In this document: piece by piece, positions 31,391 through 32,000 of the stretch
Layout of the letters: each line of letters begins with the position of its first letter
Position numbering within the stretch: the stretch's first letter is position 1
From: Kiritimatiella glycovorans
GTDB lineage: Bacteria; Verrucomicrobiota; Kiritimatiellia; Kiritimatiellales; Kiritimatiellaceae
Direction of reading: 5' to 3'
NCBI RefSeq assembly: GCF_001017655.1
Contig: NZ_CP010904.1
Location: 1,830,001 to 1,862,000, forward strand
Length of the DNA stretch: 32,000 nucleotides
The notes under the pieces: model-generated
Told to the model about the DNA's origin: nothing
The model's database searches: none
Seen by the model: only the letters and a program-made list of their open reading frames with translations
Program-made: the position numbers and the translations under genes

Positions 31391-31517
31391 TTGGCCATTT
31401 GCGGCTTCGCCGCGTCATCGGTCATGGGTATCCCATTCCGGGCCGTTTCCTTTGTGGGCCTCTCACTCATTCAATCGCACTCCCATATCCTCCCACCATT
31501 GGCCAATGACCAATGAC
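31391..31517 (-). mobile_element. Gene-less ghost of the four-helix-bundle cassette (both arms retained, interior of about 370 nt deleted)
   Basis: In minus sense, GTCATTGGTCATTGGCCAATGGTGGGAGGATATGGGAGTGCGATTGAATGAG aligns to the cassette 5' end, GTCATTGGTCATTGGAGGGAGGATATGGAAATGCGATTGGAAGAA. AAAGGAAACGGCCCGGAATGGGATACCCATGACCGATGACGCGGCGAAGCCGCAAATGG aligns to the cassette 3' end, AAAGGAATCCGGCCCCGAATGGGATACAAATGACGCGACGAAGGCGCAAATGA. Confidence 0.7.
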
Positions 31518-31612
31518 GGCCGCGCAGCCTGCCCGCATTGCCCGCCCGCAACGCTGGCGCGTAGCGACTGCGGGCAGGCTCCGCAAAGCGATGTAGGCGG
31601 GCGGCCAAATGA

Positions 31613-32000
31613 CTACTGATTACACTCCCGGCAAACACCCAGCACGGTGATCCGGTGCGCTCGCTGCTTGAAACCCGCCTTGCGGCAGGCGATGGCGATG
31701 CGCTGGTGGATCTTGGGGTCGAGGAACTCGATGAACTTCCCGCACTGCTCACAGATCAGGTGCTCATGGTCTTCGAATCCCAGGGTCCGGTCGTAGTGCA
31801 CCTCGCGACCGGCTTCGCGGATCTCGCGCAAGAGACCGGCACGAACCATCAGGCCCAAGGTCTGGTACACGGTGCCACGGCTCACACGGGCCGGGCCGGC
31901 ATTGCTCAGATCCATGGCAAGCTCCTCGGCCGTGAAATGGCCGTCGCCTCTGAACACGCGATCGCAAACAATCCGGCGTGGCTGAGTGACCCGCAGACCC
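31613..32000 (-). CDS. Fur-family metalloregulator (Fur/Zur/PerR-type); the 5' end runs off the right edge
   Basis: Winged-helix part FTAEELAMDLS...VSRGTVYQTLGLMVRAGLL, the metal-site motif DHEHLICEQCGKFIEF, and a second CxxC (CRECN). The frame stays open to position 32000 (GLRVTQPRRIVCDRVF upstream of the track Met). The TAG stop is followed by TCATTTGGCCGC from a repeat. Confidence 0.85.
   Translation of the reverse strand, partial: GLRVTQPRRIVCDRVFRGDGHFTAEELAMDLSNAGPARVSRGTVYQTLGLMVRAGLLREIREAGREVHYDRTLGFEDHEHLICEQCGKFIEFLDPKIHQRIAIACRKAGFKQRAHRITVLGVCRECNQ

Noticed and set aside
5861-31520. Heptamer/hairpin arrays considered as a CRISPR array
   Set aside because: The repeat unit is only 7 nt, or about 22 nt including the hairpin. 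The intervening 'spacers' are themselves degenerate copies of one hairpin rather than unique 30-40-nt sequences. The arrays are scattered between genes, and no cas genes are present.

Overview
High-GC bacterial chromosomal window (GC judged by eye, not computed). It is almost entirely coding and dominated by envelope and transport genes. I saw no rRNA, tRNA or CRISPR array.

Layout:
(1) 1-2383: a large serine recombinase translationally coupled to an AbrB-family gene. Both are bracketed by a perfect inverted repeat of at least 117 bp that is cut off by the window edge.
(2) 2384-4064: about 1.7 kb that looks decayed, with no confident gene.
(3) 4065-20391: one long minus-strand gene train. In transcription order it carries a small Cys/His-rich protein, a TonB-dependent receptor, a CPC-type P1B ATPase, three SPFH/HflKC paralogues plus TrmO, and a Vibrio-TonB2-style module. 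That module reads DUF3450/TtpB-like, TtpC-like, ExbB, ExbD, TonB, TPR/TtpD-like, and is followed by a truncated beta-barrel ORF. A four-helix-bundle gene cassette sits between exbD and tonB.
(4) 20.5-23.0 kb: an IS30-family element and a DUF4143 AAA ATPase.
(5) 23.0-29.8 kb: a plus-strand ABC-type tripartite efflux operon. It opens with a second Cys-rich small protein (a paralogue of the first) and contains a Cys-rich lipoprotein.
(6) 29.8-32.0 kb: a DUF4143 gene fragment, an intact DUF4143 ATPase, a gene-less ghost of the four-helix-bundle cassette, and a Fur-family regulator running off the right edge.

The most unusual signal is not a protein. It is a dense family of intergenic elements made of tandem heptamers (AATGACC/GGTCATT) flanking GC-only triloop hairpins, present at 13 or more sites. 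These elements form the inverted arms of the four-helix-bundle cassette. They donate stop codons (TAG-TCATT) to four genes and ATG start codons to at least four genes. They also generate many phantom ORFs (peptides such as VIGHWSLVIGH and MTNDQ).

All protein-family calls are motif recognition by eye. No searches were run.
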